A DNA stretch of 64,000 nt from Euprymna scolopes (lineage: Eukaryota), in assembly GCA_053919585.1 (NCBI GenBank), contig CM132825.1, one strand, 5' to 3'. Numbering within the stretch: the first letter of the stretch is position 1; the number at the start of each line of letters is the position of its first letter. The notes under the pieces are model-generated. The model was not told the origin of the DNA, did not search any database, and saw only the letters and a list, made by a program, of their open reading frames with translations. Shown here piece by piece: positions 11,921-26,200 of this stretch. A program made the translations under genes and the position numbers.

Positions 11921-12084
11921 GTAAGGTTCTTTCTTATTTTTCTTTATTTCTTTTGCTTTTCCATTCTACTGGTCTCTTTCTTTTTACCTCTTTATATCTT
12001 TTTCTATCCCTTTCTATTCATTCTCTCTCCCTCTCCCAATCTCTCATGTTACTTTTCTCTTCTGTCTCTCTCTCTCTCTCTCTC

Positions 12085-12345
12085 TCTGTTTCTCTCAATT
12101 TTTCTCTGTTTCTCTCAATTTTTCTCGGTTTCTCTCAATTTTTCTCGGTTTCTCTCAATTTTTCTGTTTCTCTCAATTTTTCTCTGTTTCTCTCAATTTT
12201 TCTCTGTTTCTCTCAATTTTTCTCTGTTTCTCTCAATTTTTCTCTGTTTCTCTCAATTTTTCTCTGTTTCTCTCAATTTTTCTCTGTTTCTCTCAATTTT
12301 TCTCGGTTTCTCTCAATTTTTCTCGGTTTCTCTCAATTTTTCTCT
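12085..12345. repeat. 20-bp minisatellite (tttctctcaatttttctctg)n
   Basis: About 13 tandem copies visible directly after a (CT)n run. Confidence 0.95.
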
Positions 12346-13042
12346 TTCTCTTTTTCACTTACTATATATGTTTTAGCAGATTCAATCTTTCTACACTGAA
12401 AAGCACTGTTGAACTGAAAATATATTTTTTTCAATAAATGAAAACAAATCAACTATTTTATCAAACTTTTGTCTTCCTCGATGAGTTAACTCAAAAAATT
12501 GAAACAGATTTTATAATGGAGATAAATAGGGAATATCTGCCTTACACACGACTAAAATGCTAGTTTTATTTTGGTGTCTTTAACTGTCCCCCCACCTCCC
12601 GCAGCCTGCCTATTTTTTGCTGATGAGGAGACTTTGTTTTTAAAAGACAAAACTTTTGTCAAATTATTGTCAATATTTATCGTCAATTTAAATAAGGTGA
12701 ACATTGTTTCCAAAACTATCGTACAATCGAGTTGATTTTGTTTTTTTTTCCTTTTGAAACTGATTTTTAATTTACAATTATGACTCGTTTTACTTAATAT
12801 TAAGATAGCTCTAGGATACCTATACCTATTGAGTTATTATATATTTACAGTACAATGAGTATTGTTTTATTTTAATAGTATTAATACATTTACTAATACA
12901 TTAAAATAAACTCTGCTCTTTAGACTCCAGGTCTAATTCCCTCTAAAAAATAAAAAAAATGAAAAATATATTATGGAAATCACTCCAGACAAGACATGGA
13001 GCCACTATGTGTGAGGAGCTAAAAAATATATGTGTGTGCGTG

Positions 13043-13098
<56 letters not shown>

Positions 13099-13100
<2 letters not shown>

Positions 13101-13533
13101 TAGCAGGGGTGCCCGGCATTGCTCGGGTGTTTGGAGGTGTATGCTGTGCAAAAAAAGCAAAAAAACAAAAAAAATGGTTAATTTTTTAAAACTTTGACCC
13201 CTATTATGACCCCTTAAAATTTATTGTTTCGGGCTCAAATCACTTTATTAAGTTAGATCCATGTTCAAGGAACCTAAATCTAAAATTTCAAGTGTCTAGA
13301 CCCAAAATTGTCGGAGGAGTTTGGTAGAGTTCTTAAAGGTCAAATCGTTGAAATTTGACCCCTTAACAGCCAAATTTCTGGCTGACACCCGTCACATCGA
13401 TTTTCCCAAATCTCAGTACCCGGTATTTCAAATTTCGAGTCTATAGACTAAAAATTGACAGAGTTATTGCGTAGGGAAATGTACACAGACAGACACACAG
13501 ACAGACACGTTCACTTTTATAGATATATAGATA
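13099..13533 (+). mobile_element. Helentron-like (HINE/DINE-1-type) non-autonomous element
   Basis: Starts actagcaggggtgcccggcattgctcggg (terminal hairpin); ends with an (ACAG)n-like run then ttttatagatatatagat. A similar start occurs near 56427. Confidence 0.7.
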
Positions 13534-13760
13534 TATATATTACATCAAGGTTAAAAGCTAACCAGCAATAACTGTTATATAGATACATTCCAACTCAGAA
13601 AACAGGAATTCTTCCCCCTTTATCAGAAACTTCACTTATGGAATATGATGACAAGAGGACAAAATAACAGAAGTTTTTTATTTATTGAAAAAAAAAATCT
13701 TTTACCATCGATTTTGTTTTTGAAAATAATGTTGCATTTTATATGTTATTTTTTATTCAG

Positions 13761-13878
13761 CTGGATCAAGATGGTCTTCACCATCTGAACATTCAAGCGG
13801 ACTGGCAACGAAAAGGTGGAACCTACTGGGTACGGTACATGCATGTGGAGATACTTGGATTCACAGATGTTTCGCCCC
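13761..13878 (+). CDS. HERC2: HERC2 exon, CPH domain C-terminal half
   Basis: attcag| ... |gtaagt; LDQDGLHHLNIQADWQRKGGTYWVRYMHVEILGFTDVSP; phase 0 to 1. Confidence 0.96.
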
Positions 13879-14939
13879 GTAAGTTTTTGTGTATATTTTT
13901 TTTTTTTTAATAAAATATTTGGTGTTACTTTACAACCATTCATTCATGAAAAAGAGCATCTCATCATTTGTTCAATAATACTATTTTTGGCTTAGGTATT
14001 CTATTAGAATACCTATCATAAATTCTTACCAATAAGTTGCTTATATAATTTTTTATTCAATGAATAATTTTTTTTTTTTTTTTTTTTTTTTTTAAGGCTT
14101 TTGTTGTTAAAACAACATAATCATAGAAGACTTAGTATTTTCTAAATTTTCGAATTAAACTTATTTAATAATGTGAAAGGAGTTGTATTTGAAGGCTATA
14201 TCAATGCGGTTCTTGAGACACACCGTGGACATGAGTTGATATATAAAGAATAATGACAATATTAGAAGGAATTTTCAATCATATTACTTTTATTTACCAG
14301 CATAATGTGCCGTACAAGATGGTAGGTGTTGATGTCCCTAAAGTAGTATCTCTTCTTCAGAGGAGAAATAAAAAGAAATATATACAACTGTTCAGTGAGA
14401 CTTTCCTTTGCCGGTTTTATTTATTTCTTTATTTCCGGAAGTCAATGCAACATTCTGGCTGTCAAAAAAAAAAGGATATAAATTGTGCAAATATTATCAT
14501 ACCTCGTTTCACACTACACGCAATGCTTCAAATAAACTATAACCTCTTCCTCTTGCGTAACAATGATTTCAAAGACGTGACCCAGTTTCTCTATTCAAAA
14601 TTTGTGCCAACTACACAAATATACATCGATTCAGATTCACTGTCAAAAACTTTAGACATAGACATTTTCTCTATCTCCACGATGGAACTGATTTCTCAAG
14701 TTAATATCACCAACAAAATGAAGAGAAAAAAATATTTAAAAAAAAAAAAGAAAAACAGTAAATGAACAAGTTGTTTTAAAAAAAAGTTTCAGAAAAAAAA
14801 TGTTATTTTAATCATTTAGTAAAAAATTAGGTGCTTCTTTAGAATTCAACTTATTTTAAAGAAACTAAATTGCAGAAAAATCTTTATGTACTCATCACAA
14901 AACAAAGCTGTTGTGTTCCAAAAGTCACATAAATTGATT

Positions 14940-15138
14940 GAGTGCTTCCTTTGTTCCAACTCGTTTGACTCATTGGTCTAGTGGTCTTCAGCAATTCACT
15001 GTTTTGATATTTCATTGTAACACAGCTTCCTCATCCAGTAACTTTTTCCCAAGAATTGCAGGCTTGTGGAACTCTCTTCCTGCTGACTGTTTTCCTCCTA
15101 CCTTCAAGACTAAAACTAATAGGCATCTCCTGTCATTG
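14940..15138 (+). mobile_element. CR1-group 3' remnant
   Basis: FFPRIAGLWNSLPADCFP..FKTKTNRHL; the first part also resembles 2500-2600. Confidence 0.7.
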
Positions 15139-15485
15139 GCATACACCCGTATGCTACGAACAGTATTAAATATATCTTGGCAAAATCATCCCACGAAACA
15201 GCAACTTTATGGCAACATACGTACCATATCTAATACCATCAGGGAGAGACTACGATTTGCCGGTCAGTGTCTGAGAAGCAAGCATGAATTAGTCATGCAT
15301 TGCTATAGACTCCACGACATGGACGCGCAAGTAAAGGACGACCTAGATCCACGTACATCCAGCAAATAGCACACGACGCCAACTGTGAACCTGAAGATCT
15401 GAGGCTGCTGTTGGAAGACAGGAAACTCTGGAGAGGAAGAGTAACATTGGTCCGGACAAGGAGCCCGTCCTGATAATGATGTCAT
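15139..15485 (+). mobile_element. RTE-clade LINE 3' fragment
   Basis: YTRMLRTVLNISWQNHPTKQQLYG..RLRFAG.C.RS with a (gat)n-like tail; a paralog lies at 62180-62640. Confidence 0.8.
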
Positions 15486-16361
15486 TAGGATAATCATCTT
15501 TCATTCCTGCTAGCTCCTTATATCAAGTTTTTTATTTAGTCATAAAACTTTTTTTAGTTACAAAAATAACTATTTGATTGATTTACATTATTTTTGGAAT
15601 ATGACATTTTGTTCCATAGGTTCAATTCAAATTTTAAGTTAAATTAAAATAGAAACTACTTGACTGGGATGTCATTTTTTGGGGAGTAACTCCAATATGA
15701 CAACATAACAATTTCAATGTGAATAAATAAGAACTTTCCATATATAAAACATGTTACTATGGGATTGCTTCTCTGCAAGCTACAACATGGTCCTCTTCGA
15801 ATCCAATGTCATAAAAATAAAAATATTTATCATAAACTGTTGTGGTGTGTCCACCCTATGGATAATAATGAACACTTCCATTTACTATCAAGATCAAAAG
15901 AATATGTCTTTTGGGTTAGCACACTGGTGATGCACAAATCATGCATACTTGGCAGTCAGACTGACGTATAACCACACTTAACATTTGTTGCATTTACTTT
16001 TCTGTTCAATATAGTTTGTTTCCATTAATTACTGAGTTGTCTTTCTTCTGAACCCTTAGCCAGGTTTTTATGTATCCCTTTTTCACTGAAGTCTGAGTCT
16101 CTAAGGAAGCAACCCCTGTCATAAGCATGCGTCAGAAACAGAGATTCGTCATTAATTTCCTGGCAAAAGTGTATTGAGAATGGTTTTGACTATGTAGAAA
16201 AATTAATTCTGGAACACAAAAAATTGCTTGTTTTTATTGTATCACTCCCGTCTTTGTAGCTCTTTAACTTTTTGAGTAAAAAAAAAAAAAAATAGGGGGC
16301 TTTACCTTTGGAATAACCTTCATATGATTAGATAAATATGAATTTGTTTTTTCTTTTTCAG

Positions 16362-16469
16362 CTTCGCAGACAATAAAAGTTGGTGACAGAGTCCGCGTGA
16401 AACCCTCAGTTTCTCTGCCAATGTACAAATGGGGTTCGGTAAACCACAGGAGCCTTGGTGTTGTCACAG
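16362..16469 (+). CDS. HERC2: HERC2 exon, SH3-like repeat after CPH (first half)
   Basis: ttttcag| ... |gttagt; (P)SQTIKVGDRVRVKPSVSLPMYKWGSVNHRSLGVVT; phase 1 to 1. Confidence 0.95.
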
Positions 16470-16619
16470 GTTAGTATGATTATTTCTCCTTTTTTATATT
16501 TTTGTTTGTAATTTTTCGGGAGAAATATTTTCATCAACTTGAATATTATGAACTAGCTGAAATACTCATTATTTTCTATCAAATCTCTAAAAAAAAATTC
16601 TGTTCTGGAAAAACAATGT

Positions 16620-16866
16620 GTTTTTTTTTTTTTTCTTTTTTTTCTTTTTACTCTTTTTCACACTAACCAAGGCATATCGCCACTTGGAACATAAGGTACT
16701 ACTAGGGACTGTGGGGAGTTGAGCAGTGAGATGTCTGTTTATATTACATTTAAACTTTTGCAGACTAGTACAGTTGGGGAAACGGAGAGGGAATTCCAAA
16801 ATATGGCAGTCTGAAGGGAAAAAACTGTTCGGATAGAAGGCTTTCTGGCATCTAAGCACCTCAACA
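16620..16866 (-). mobile_element. CR1-group subfamily B 3' end with poly(A)
   Basis: VEVLRCQKAFYPNSFFP..LQKFKCNINRHL; homologous to 50900-51205 on the + strand. Confidence 0.75.
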
Positions 16867-17047
16867 ATAAAACTAATTAAAAATTACTTGTTTTAATTAG
16901 AAAGTTTTCTCATTACATTAAAGGTAGATAATTTATTTTGAAGGAAAAAAAATGTCCTTTTTAGCTTTTTTAAATGCCTAATAAGATCTCAAATTTTAAA
17001 TGATATCTCAAAAGTGCTAATATTATTTCATTAATCACATCATACAA

Positions 17048-17250
17048 GCTACTATGTCAGGTTTAATAGCTTCGTTTTCTAGGTGCATAGCTGTAGGAAT
17101 TGCATAGTCATAGTGGATGGTGTATGACTGATTTCCAACTGTTTTTGCCGATAAACATGTTCCCAGGATTTGCTGTTGCATTCGATATTCAACTTTTTAC
17201 AGATGGTCCAGTAAAGATATTTACACACTCCATTGTGTTGCATCGTATAA
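17048..17250 (-). mobile_element. RLE-type (R4/Dong-like) non-LTR retrotransposon remnant, downstream half
   Basis: Minus strand reads YYTMQHNGVCKYLYWTICKKLNIECNSKSWEH, then after a frameshift KTVGNQSYTIHYDYAIPTAMHLENEAIKPDIV. These are the RHN-like and PD motifs of the restriction-like endonuclease. Confidence 0.85.
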
Positions 17251-20200
17251 TAACCGTCCCACAGCAGAATCTTACATTTGTTTTGTGTCGCATCATATAA
17301 TAACCGTCCCACAGCAGAATCTTACATTTGTTTTGTGTCGCATCATATAATAACCGTCCCACAGCAGAATCTTACATTTGTTTTGTGTCGCATCGTATAA
17401 TAACCGTCCCACAGCAGAATCTTACATATGTTTTGTGTCGCATCGTATAATAACCGTCCCACAGCAGAACCTTACATATGTTTTGTGTCGCATCGTATAA
17501 TAACCGTCCCACAGCAGAACCTTACATATGTTTTGTGTCGCATCGTATAATAACCGTCCCACAGCAGAACCTTACATTTGTTTTGTGTCGCATCATATAA
17601 TAACCGTCCCACAGCAGAATCTTACATTTGTTTTGTGTCGCATCGTATAATAACCGTCCCACAGCAGAATCTTACATTTGTTTTGTGTCGCATCATATAA
17701 TAACCGTCCCACAGCAGAATCTTACATTTGTTTTGTGTCGCATCATATAATAACCGTCCCACAGCAGAATCTTACATTTGTTTTGTGTCGCATCATATAA
17801 TAACCGTCCCACAGCAGAATCTTACATTTGTTTTGTGTCGCATCATATAATAACCGTCCCACAGCAGAATCTTACATTTGTTTTGTGTCGCATCATATAA
17901 TAACCGTCCCACAGCAGAATCTTACATTTGTTTTGTGTCGCATCATATAATAACCGTCCCACAGCAGAATCTTACATTTGTTTTGTGTCGCATCATATAA
18001 TAACCGTCCCACAGCAGAATCTTACATTTGTTTTGTGTCGCATCATATAATAACCGTCCCACAGCAGAATCTTACATTTGTTTTGTGTCGCATCATATAA
18101 TAACCGTCCCACAGCAGAATCTTACATTTGTTTTGTGTCGCATCATATAATAACCGTCCCACAGCAGAATCTTACATTTGTTTTGTGTCGCATCGTATAA
18201 TAACCGTCCCACAGCAGAATCTTACATTTGTTTTGTGTCGCATCATATAATAACCGTCCCACAGCAGAATCTTACATTTGTTTTGTGTCGCATCGTATAA
18301 TAACCGTCCCACAGCAGAATCTTACATTTGTTTTGTGTCGCATCATATAATAACCGTCCCACAGCAGAACCTTACATATGTTTTGTGTCGCATCGTATAA
18401 TAACCGTCCCACAGCAGAACCTTACATATGTTTTGTGTCGCATCGTATAATAACCGTCCCACAGCAGAACCTTACATTTGTTTTGTGTCGGATCATATAA
18501 TAACCGTCCCACAGCAGAATCTTACATTTGTTTTGTGTCGCATCGTATAATAACCGTCCCACAGCAGAATCTTACATATGTTTTGTGTCGCATCGTATAA
18601 TAACCGTCCCACAGCAGAACCTTACATATGTTTTGTGTCGCATCGTATAATAACCGTCCCACAGCAGAACCTTACATATGTTTTGTGTCGCATCGTATAA
18701 TAACCGTCCCACAGCAGAACCTTACATTTGTTTTGTGTCGCATCATATAATAACCGTCCCACAGCAGAATCTTACATTTGTTTTGTGTCGCATCATATAA
18801 TAACCGTCCCACAGCAGAATCTTACATTTGTTTTGTGTCGCATCATATAATAACCGTCCCACAGCAGAATCTTACATTTGTTTTGTGTCGCATCATATAA
18901 TAACCGTCCCACAGCAGAATCTTACATTTGTTTTGTGTCGCATCATATAATAACCGTCCCACAGCAGAATCTTACATTTGTTTTGTGTCGCATCATATAA
19001 TAACCGTCCCACAGCAGAATCTTACATTTGTTTTGTGTCGCATCATATAATAACCGTCCCACAGCAGAATCTTACATTTGTTTTGTGTCGCATCATATAA
19101 TAACCGTCCCACAGCAGAATCTTACATTTGTTTTGTGTCGCATCATATAATAACCGTCCCACAGCAGAATCTTACATTTGTTTTGTGTCGCATCATATAA
19201 TAACCGTCCCACAGCAGAATCTTACATTTGTTTTGTGTCGCATCGTATAATAACCGTCCCACAGCAGAATCTTACATTTGTTTTGTGTCGCATCATATAA
19301 TAACCGTCCCACAGCAGAATCTTACATTTGTTTTGTGTCGCATCATATAATAACCGTCCCACAGCAGAATCTTACATTTGTTTTGTGTCGCATCATATAA
19401 TAACCGTCCCACAGCAGAATCTTACATTTGTTTTGTGTTGCATCATATAATAACCGTCCCACAGCAGAATCTTACATTTGTTTTGTGTCGCATCATATAA
19501 TAACCGTCCCACAGCAGAATCTTACATTTGTTTTGTGTCGCATCATATAATAACCGTCCCACAGCAGAATCTTACATTTGTTTTGTGTCGCATCATATAA
19601 TAACCGTCCCACAGCAGAATCTTACATTTGTTTTGTGTCGCATCATATAATAACCGTCCCACAGCAGAATCTTACATTTGTTTTGTGTCGCATCGTATAA
19701 TAACCGTCCCACAGCAGAATCTTACATTTGTTTTGTGTCGCATCATATAATAACCGTCCCACAGCAGAATCTTACATTTGTTTTGTGTCGCATCATATAA
19801 TAACCGTCCCACAGCAGAATCTTACATTTGTTTTGTGTCGCATCGTATAATAACCGTCCCACAGCAGAACCTTACATTTGTTTTGTGTCGGATCATATAA
19901 TAACCGTCCCACAGCAGAATCTTACATTTGTTTTGTGTCGCATCGTATAATAACCGTCCCACAGCAGAATCTTACATATGTTTTGTGTCGCATCGTATAA
20001 TAACCGTCCCACAGCAGAACCTTACATATGTTTTGTGTCGCATCGTATAATAACCGTCCCACAGCAGAACCTTACATATGTTTTGTGTCGCATCGTATAA
20101 TAACCGTCCCACAGCAGAACCTTACATTTGTTTTGTGTCGCATCATATAATAACCGTCCCACAGCAGAATCTTACATTTGTTTTGTGTCGCATCATATAA

Positions 20201-23200
20201 TAACCGTCCCACAGCAGAATCTTACATTTGTTTTGTGTCGCATCATATAATAACCGTCCCACAGCAGAATCTTACATTTGTTTTGTGTCGCATCATATAA
20301 TAACCGTCCCACAGCAGAATCTTACATTTGTTTTGTGTCGCATCATATAATAACCGTCCCACAGCAGAATCTTACATTTGTTTTGTGTCGCATCATATAA
20401 TAACCGTCCCACAGCAGAATCTTACATTTGTTTTGTGTCGCATCATATAATAACCGTCCCACAGCAGAATCTTACATTTGTTTTGTGTCGCATCATATAA
20501 TAACCGTCCCACAGCAGAACCTTACATTTGTTTTGTGTCGCATCGTATAATAACCGTCCCACAGCAGAACCTTACATTTGTTTTGTGTCGCATCGTATAA
20601 TAACCGTCCCACAGCAGAACCTTACATATGTTTTGTGTCGCATCGTATAATAACCGTCCCACAGCAGAACCTTACATATGTTTTGTGTCGCATCGTATAA
20701 TAACCGTCCCACAGCAGAACCTTACATTTGTTTTGTGTCGCATCATATAATAACCGTCCCACAGCAGAATCTTACATTTGTTTTGTGTCGCATCATATAA
20801 TAACCGTCCCACAGCAGAATCTTACATTTGTTTTGTGTCGCATCATATAATAACCGTCCCACAGCAGAATCTTACATTTGTTTTGTGTCGCATCATATAA
20901 TAACCGTCCCACAGCAGAATCTTACATTTGTTTTGTGTCGCATCATATAATAACCGTCCCACAGCAGAATCTTACATTTGTTTTGTGTCGCATCATATAA
21001 TAACCGTCCCACAGCAAAATCTTACATTTGTTTTGTGTCGCATCATATAATAACCGTCCCACAGCAGAATCTTACATTTGTTTTGTGTCGCATCGTATAA
21101 TAACCGTCCCACAGCAGAATCTTACATTTGTTTTGTGTCGCATCATATAATAACCGTCCCACAGCAGAATCTTACATTTGTTTTGTGTCGCATCATATAA
21201 TAACCGTCCCACAGCAGAATCTTACATTTGTTTTGTGTTGCATCGTATAATAATCGTCCCACAGCAGAATCTTACATTTGTTTTGTGTCGCATCATATAA
21301 TAACCGTCCCACAGCAGAATCTTACATTTGTTTTGTGTCGCATCATATAATAACCGTCCCACAGCAGAATCTTACATTTGTTTTGTGTCGCATCATATAA
21401 TAACCGTCCCACAGCAGAATCTTACATTTGTTTTGTGTCGCATCATATAATAACCGTCCCACAGCAGAATCTTACATTTGTTTTGTGTTGCATCGTATAA
21501 TAATCGTCCCACAGCAGAATCTTACATTTGTTTTGTGTCGCATCATATAATAACCGTCCCACAGCAGAATCTTACATTTGTTTTGTGTCGCATCATATAA
21601 TAACCGTCCCACAGCAGAATCTTACATTTGTTTTGTGTCGCATCATATAATAACCGTCCCACAGCAGAATCTTACATTTGTTTTGTGTCGCATCATATAA
21701 TAACCGTCCCACAGCAGAATCTTACATTTGTTTTGTGTCGCATCATATAATAACCGTCCCACAGCAGAATCTTACATTTGTTTTGTGTCGCATCATATAA
21801 TAACCGTCCCACAGCAGAATCTTACATTTGTTTTGTGTCGCATCATATAATAACCGTCCCACAGCAGAATCTTACATTTGTTTTGTGTTGCATCGTATAA
21901 TAATCGTCCCACAGCAGAATCTTACATTTGTTTTGTGTCGCATCATATAATAACCGTCCCACAGCAGAATCTTACATTTGTTTTGTGTCGCATCATATAA
22001 TAACCGTCCCACAGCAGAATCTTACATTTGTTTTGTGTCGCATCATATAATAACCGTCCCACAGCAGAATCTTACATTTGTTTTGTGTCGCATCATATAA
22101 TAACCGTCCCACAGCAGAATCTTACATTTGTTTTGTGTCGCATCATATAATAACCGTCCCACAGCAGAATCTTACATTTGTTTTGTGTCGCATCATATAA
22201 TAACCGTCCCACAGCAGAATCTTACATTTGTTTTGTGTCGCATCATATAATAACCGTCCCACAGCAGAATCTTACATTTGTTTTGTGTCGCATCATATAA
22301 TAACCGTCCCACAGCAGAATCTTACATTTGTTTTGTGTCGCATCGTATAATAACCGTCCCACAGCAGAACCTTGCATTTGTTTTGTGTCGCATCATATAA
22401 TAACCGTCCCACAGCAGAATCTTACATTTGTTTTGTGTCGCATCGTATAATAACCGTCCCACAGCAGAATCTTACATTTGTTTTGTGTCGCATCATATAA
22501 TAACCGTCCCACAGCAGAATCTTACATTTGTTTTGTGTCGCATCATATAATAACCGTCCCACAGCAGAATCTTACATTTGTTTTGTGTCGCATCGTATAA
22601 TAACCGTCCCACAGCAGAATCTTACATTTGTTTTGTGTCGCATCATATAATAACCGTCCCACAGCAGAATCTTACATTTGTTTTGTGTCGCATCATATAA
22701 TAACCGTCCCACAGCAGAATCTTACATTTGTTTTGTGTCGCATCATATAATAACCGTCCCACAGCAGAATCTTACATTTGTTTTATGTCGCATCATATAA
22801 TAACCGTCCCACAGCAGAATCTTACATTTGTTTTGTGTCGCATCATATAATAACCGTCCCACAGCAGAATCTTACATTTGTTTTGTGTCGCATCGTATAA
22901 TAACCGTCCCACAGCAGAATCTTACATTTGTTTTGTGTCGCATCATATAATAACCGTCCCACAGCAGAATCTTACATTTGTTTTGTGTCGCATCATATAA
23001 TAACCGTCCCACAGCAGAATCTTACATTTGTTTTGTGTCGCATCATATAATAACCGTCCCACAGCAGAATCTTACATTTGTTTTGTGTCGCATCATATAA
23101 TAACCGTCCCACAGCAGAATCTTACATTTGTTTTGTGTTGCATCGTATAATAATCGTCCCACAGCAGAATCTTACATTTGTTTTGTGTCGCATCATATAA

Positions 23201-26200
23201 TAACCGTCCCACAGCAGAATCTTACATTTGTTTTGTGTCGCATCATATAATAACCGTCCCACAGCAGAATCTTACATTTGTTTTGTGTCGCATCGTATAA
23301 TAACCGTCCCACAGCAGAATCTTACATTTGTTTTGTGTCGCATCATATAATAACCGTCCCACAGCAGAATCTTACATTTGTTTTGTGTTGCATCGTATAA
23401 TAATCGTTCCACAGCAGAATCTTACATTTGTTTTGTGTCGCATCATATAATAACCGTCCCACAGCAGAATCTTACATTTGTTTTGTGTCGCATCATATAA
23501 TAACCGTCCCACAGCAGAATCTTACATTTGTTTTGTGTCGCATCATATAATAACCGTCCCACAGCAGAATCTTACATTTGTTTTGTGTCGCATCATATAA
23601 TAACCGTCCCACAGCAGAATCTTACATTTGTTTTGTGTCGCATCGTATAATAACCGTCCCACAGCAGAATCTTACATTTGTTTTGTGTCGCATCATATAA
23701 TAACCGTCCCACAGCAGAATCTTACATTTGTTTTGTGTCGCATCATATAATAACCGTCCCACAGCAGAATCTTACATTTGTTTTGTGTCGCATCATATAA
23801 TAACCGTCCCACAGCAGAATCTTACATTTGTTTTGTGTCGCATCATATAATAACCGTCCCACAGCAGAATCTTACATTTGTTTTGTGTCGCATCATATAA
23901 TAACCGTCCCACAGCAGAATCTTACATTTGTTTTGTGTCGCATCATATAATAACCGTCCCACAGCAGAATCTTACATTTGTTTTGTGTCGCATCATATAA
24001 TAACCGTCCCACAGCAGAATCTTACATTTGTTTTGTGTCGCATCGTATAATAACCGTCCCACAGCAGAATCTTACATTTGTTTTGTGTCGCATCATATAA
24101 TAACCGTCCCACAGCAGAATCTTACATTTGTTTTGTGTCGCATCATATAATAACCGTCCCACAGCAGAATCTTACATTTGTTTTGTGTCGCATCATATAA
24201 TAACCGTCCCACAGCAGAATCTTACATTTGTTTTGTGTCGCATCATATAATAACCGTCCCACAGCAGAATCTTACATTTGTTTTGTGTCGCATCGTATAA
24301 TAACCGTCCCACAGCAGAATCTTACATTTGTTTTGTGTCGCATCGTATAATAACCGTCCCACAGCAGAATCTTACATTTGTTTTGTGTCGCATCATATAA
24401 TAACCGTCCCACAGCAGAATCTTACATTTGTTTTGTGTCGCATCATATAATAACCGTCCCACAGCAGAATCTTACATTTGTTTTGTGTCGCATCATATAA
24501 TAACCGTCCCACAGCAGAATCTTACATTTGTTTTGTGTTGCATCGTATAATAATCGTCCCACAGCAGAATCTTACATTTGTTTTGTGTCGCATCATATAA
24601 TAACCGTCCCACAGCAGAATCTTACATTTGTTTTGTGTCGCATCATATAATAACCGTCCCACAGCAGAATCTTACATTTGTTTTGTGTCGCATCATATAA
24701 TAACCGTCCCACAGCAGAATCTTACATTTGTTTTGTGTCGCATCATATAATAACCGTCCCACAGCAGAATCTTACATTTGTTTTGTGTCGCATCATATAA
24801 TAACCGTCCCACAGCAGAATCTTACATTTGTTTTGTGTCGCATCATATAATAACCGTCCCACAGCAGAATCTTACATTTGTTTTGTGTCGCATCATATAA
24901 TAACCGTCCCACAGCAGAATCTTACATTTGTTTTGTGTCGCATCATATAATAACCGTCCCACAGCAGAATCTTACATTTGTTTTGTGTCGCATCATATAA
25001 TAACCGTCCCACAGCAGAATCTTACATTTGTTTTGTGTCGCATCATATAATAACCGTCCCACAGCAGAATCTTACATTTGTTTTGTGTCGCATCATATAA
25101 TAACCGTCCCACAGCAGAATCTTACATTTGTTTTGTGTCGCATCGTATAATAACCGTCCCACAGCAGAATCTTACATTTGTTTTGTGTCGCATCGTATAA
25201 TAACCGTCCCACAGCAGAATCTTACATTTGTTTTGTGTCGCATCATATAATAACCGTCCCACAGCAGAATCTTACATTTGTTTTGTGTCGCATCATATAA
25301 TAACCGTCCCACAGCAGAATCTTACATTTGTTTTGTGTCGCATCATATAATAACCGTCCCACAGCAGAATCTTACATTTGTTTTGTGTCGCATCATATAA
25401 TAACCGTCCCACAGCAGAATCTTACATTTGTTTTGTGTCGCATCATATAATAACCGTCCCACAGCAGAATCTTACATTTGTTTTGTGTCGCATCATATAA
25501 TAACCGTCCCACAGCAGAATCTTACATTTGTTTTGTGTCGCATCATATAATAACCGTCCCACAGCAGAATCTTACATTTGTTTTGTGTCGCATCATATAA
25601 TAACCGTCCCACAGCAGAATCTTACATTTGTTTTGTGTCGCATCATATAATAACCGTCCCACAGCAGAATCTTACATTTGTTTTGTGTCGCATCATATAA
25701 TAACCGTCCCACAGCAGAATCTTACATTTGTTTTGTGTCGCATCATATAATAACCGTCCCACAGCAGAATCTTACATTTGTTTTGTGTCGCATCATATAA
25801 TAACCGTCCCACAGCAGAATCTTACATTTGTTTTGTGTCGCATCATATAATAACCGTCCCACAGCAGAATCTTACATTTGTTTTGTGTCGCATCATATAA
25901 TAACCGTCCCACAGCAGAATCTTACATTTGTTTTGTGTCGCATCATATAATAACCGTCCCACAGCAGAATCTTACATTTGTTTTGTGTCGCATCATATAA
26001 TAACCGTCCCACAGCAGAATCTTACATTTGTTTTGTGTCGCATCATATAATAACCGTCCCACAGCAGAATCTTACATTTGTTTTGTGTCGCATCATATAA
26101 TAACCGTCCCACAGCAGAATCTTACATTTGTTTTGTGTCGCATCGTATAATAACCGTCCCACAGCAGAATCTTACATTTGTTTTGTGTCGCATCATATAA

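Noticed and set aside
11921-12399. Hydrophobic extension of the CPH ORF (apparent membrane protein)
   Set aside because: Read-through past a canonical gtaagg donor into a CT-rich minisatellite; HERC2 homology resumes at 13761.
14140-16200. Possible old DNA-transposon coding remnants at about 14140-14720 and 15740-16200
   Set aside because: No diagnostic motif could be recovered by eye in any frame examined.
17250-17300. taac..cccacagcag in every satellite unit as recursive or decoy 3' splice sites
   Set aside because: The pyrimidine tract is very short and no AG|GT recursive junction is present; cannot be supported without RNA data.
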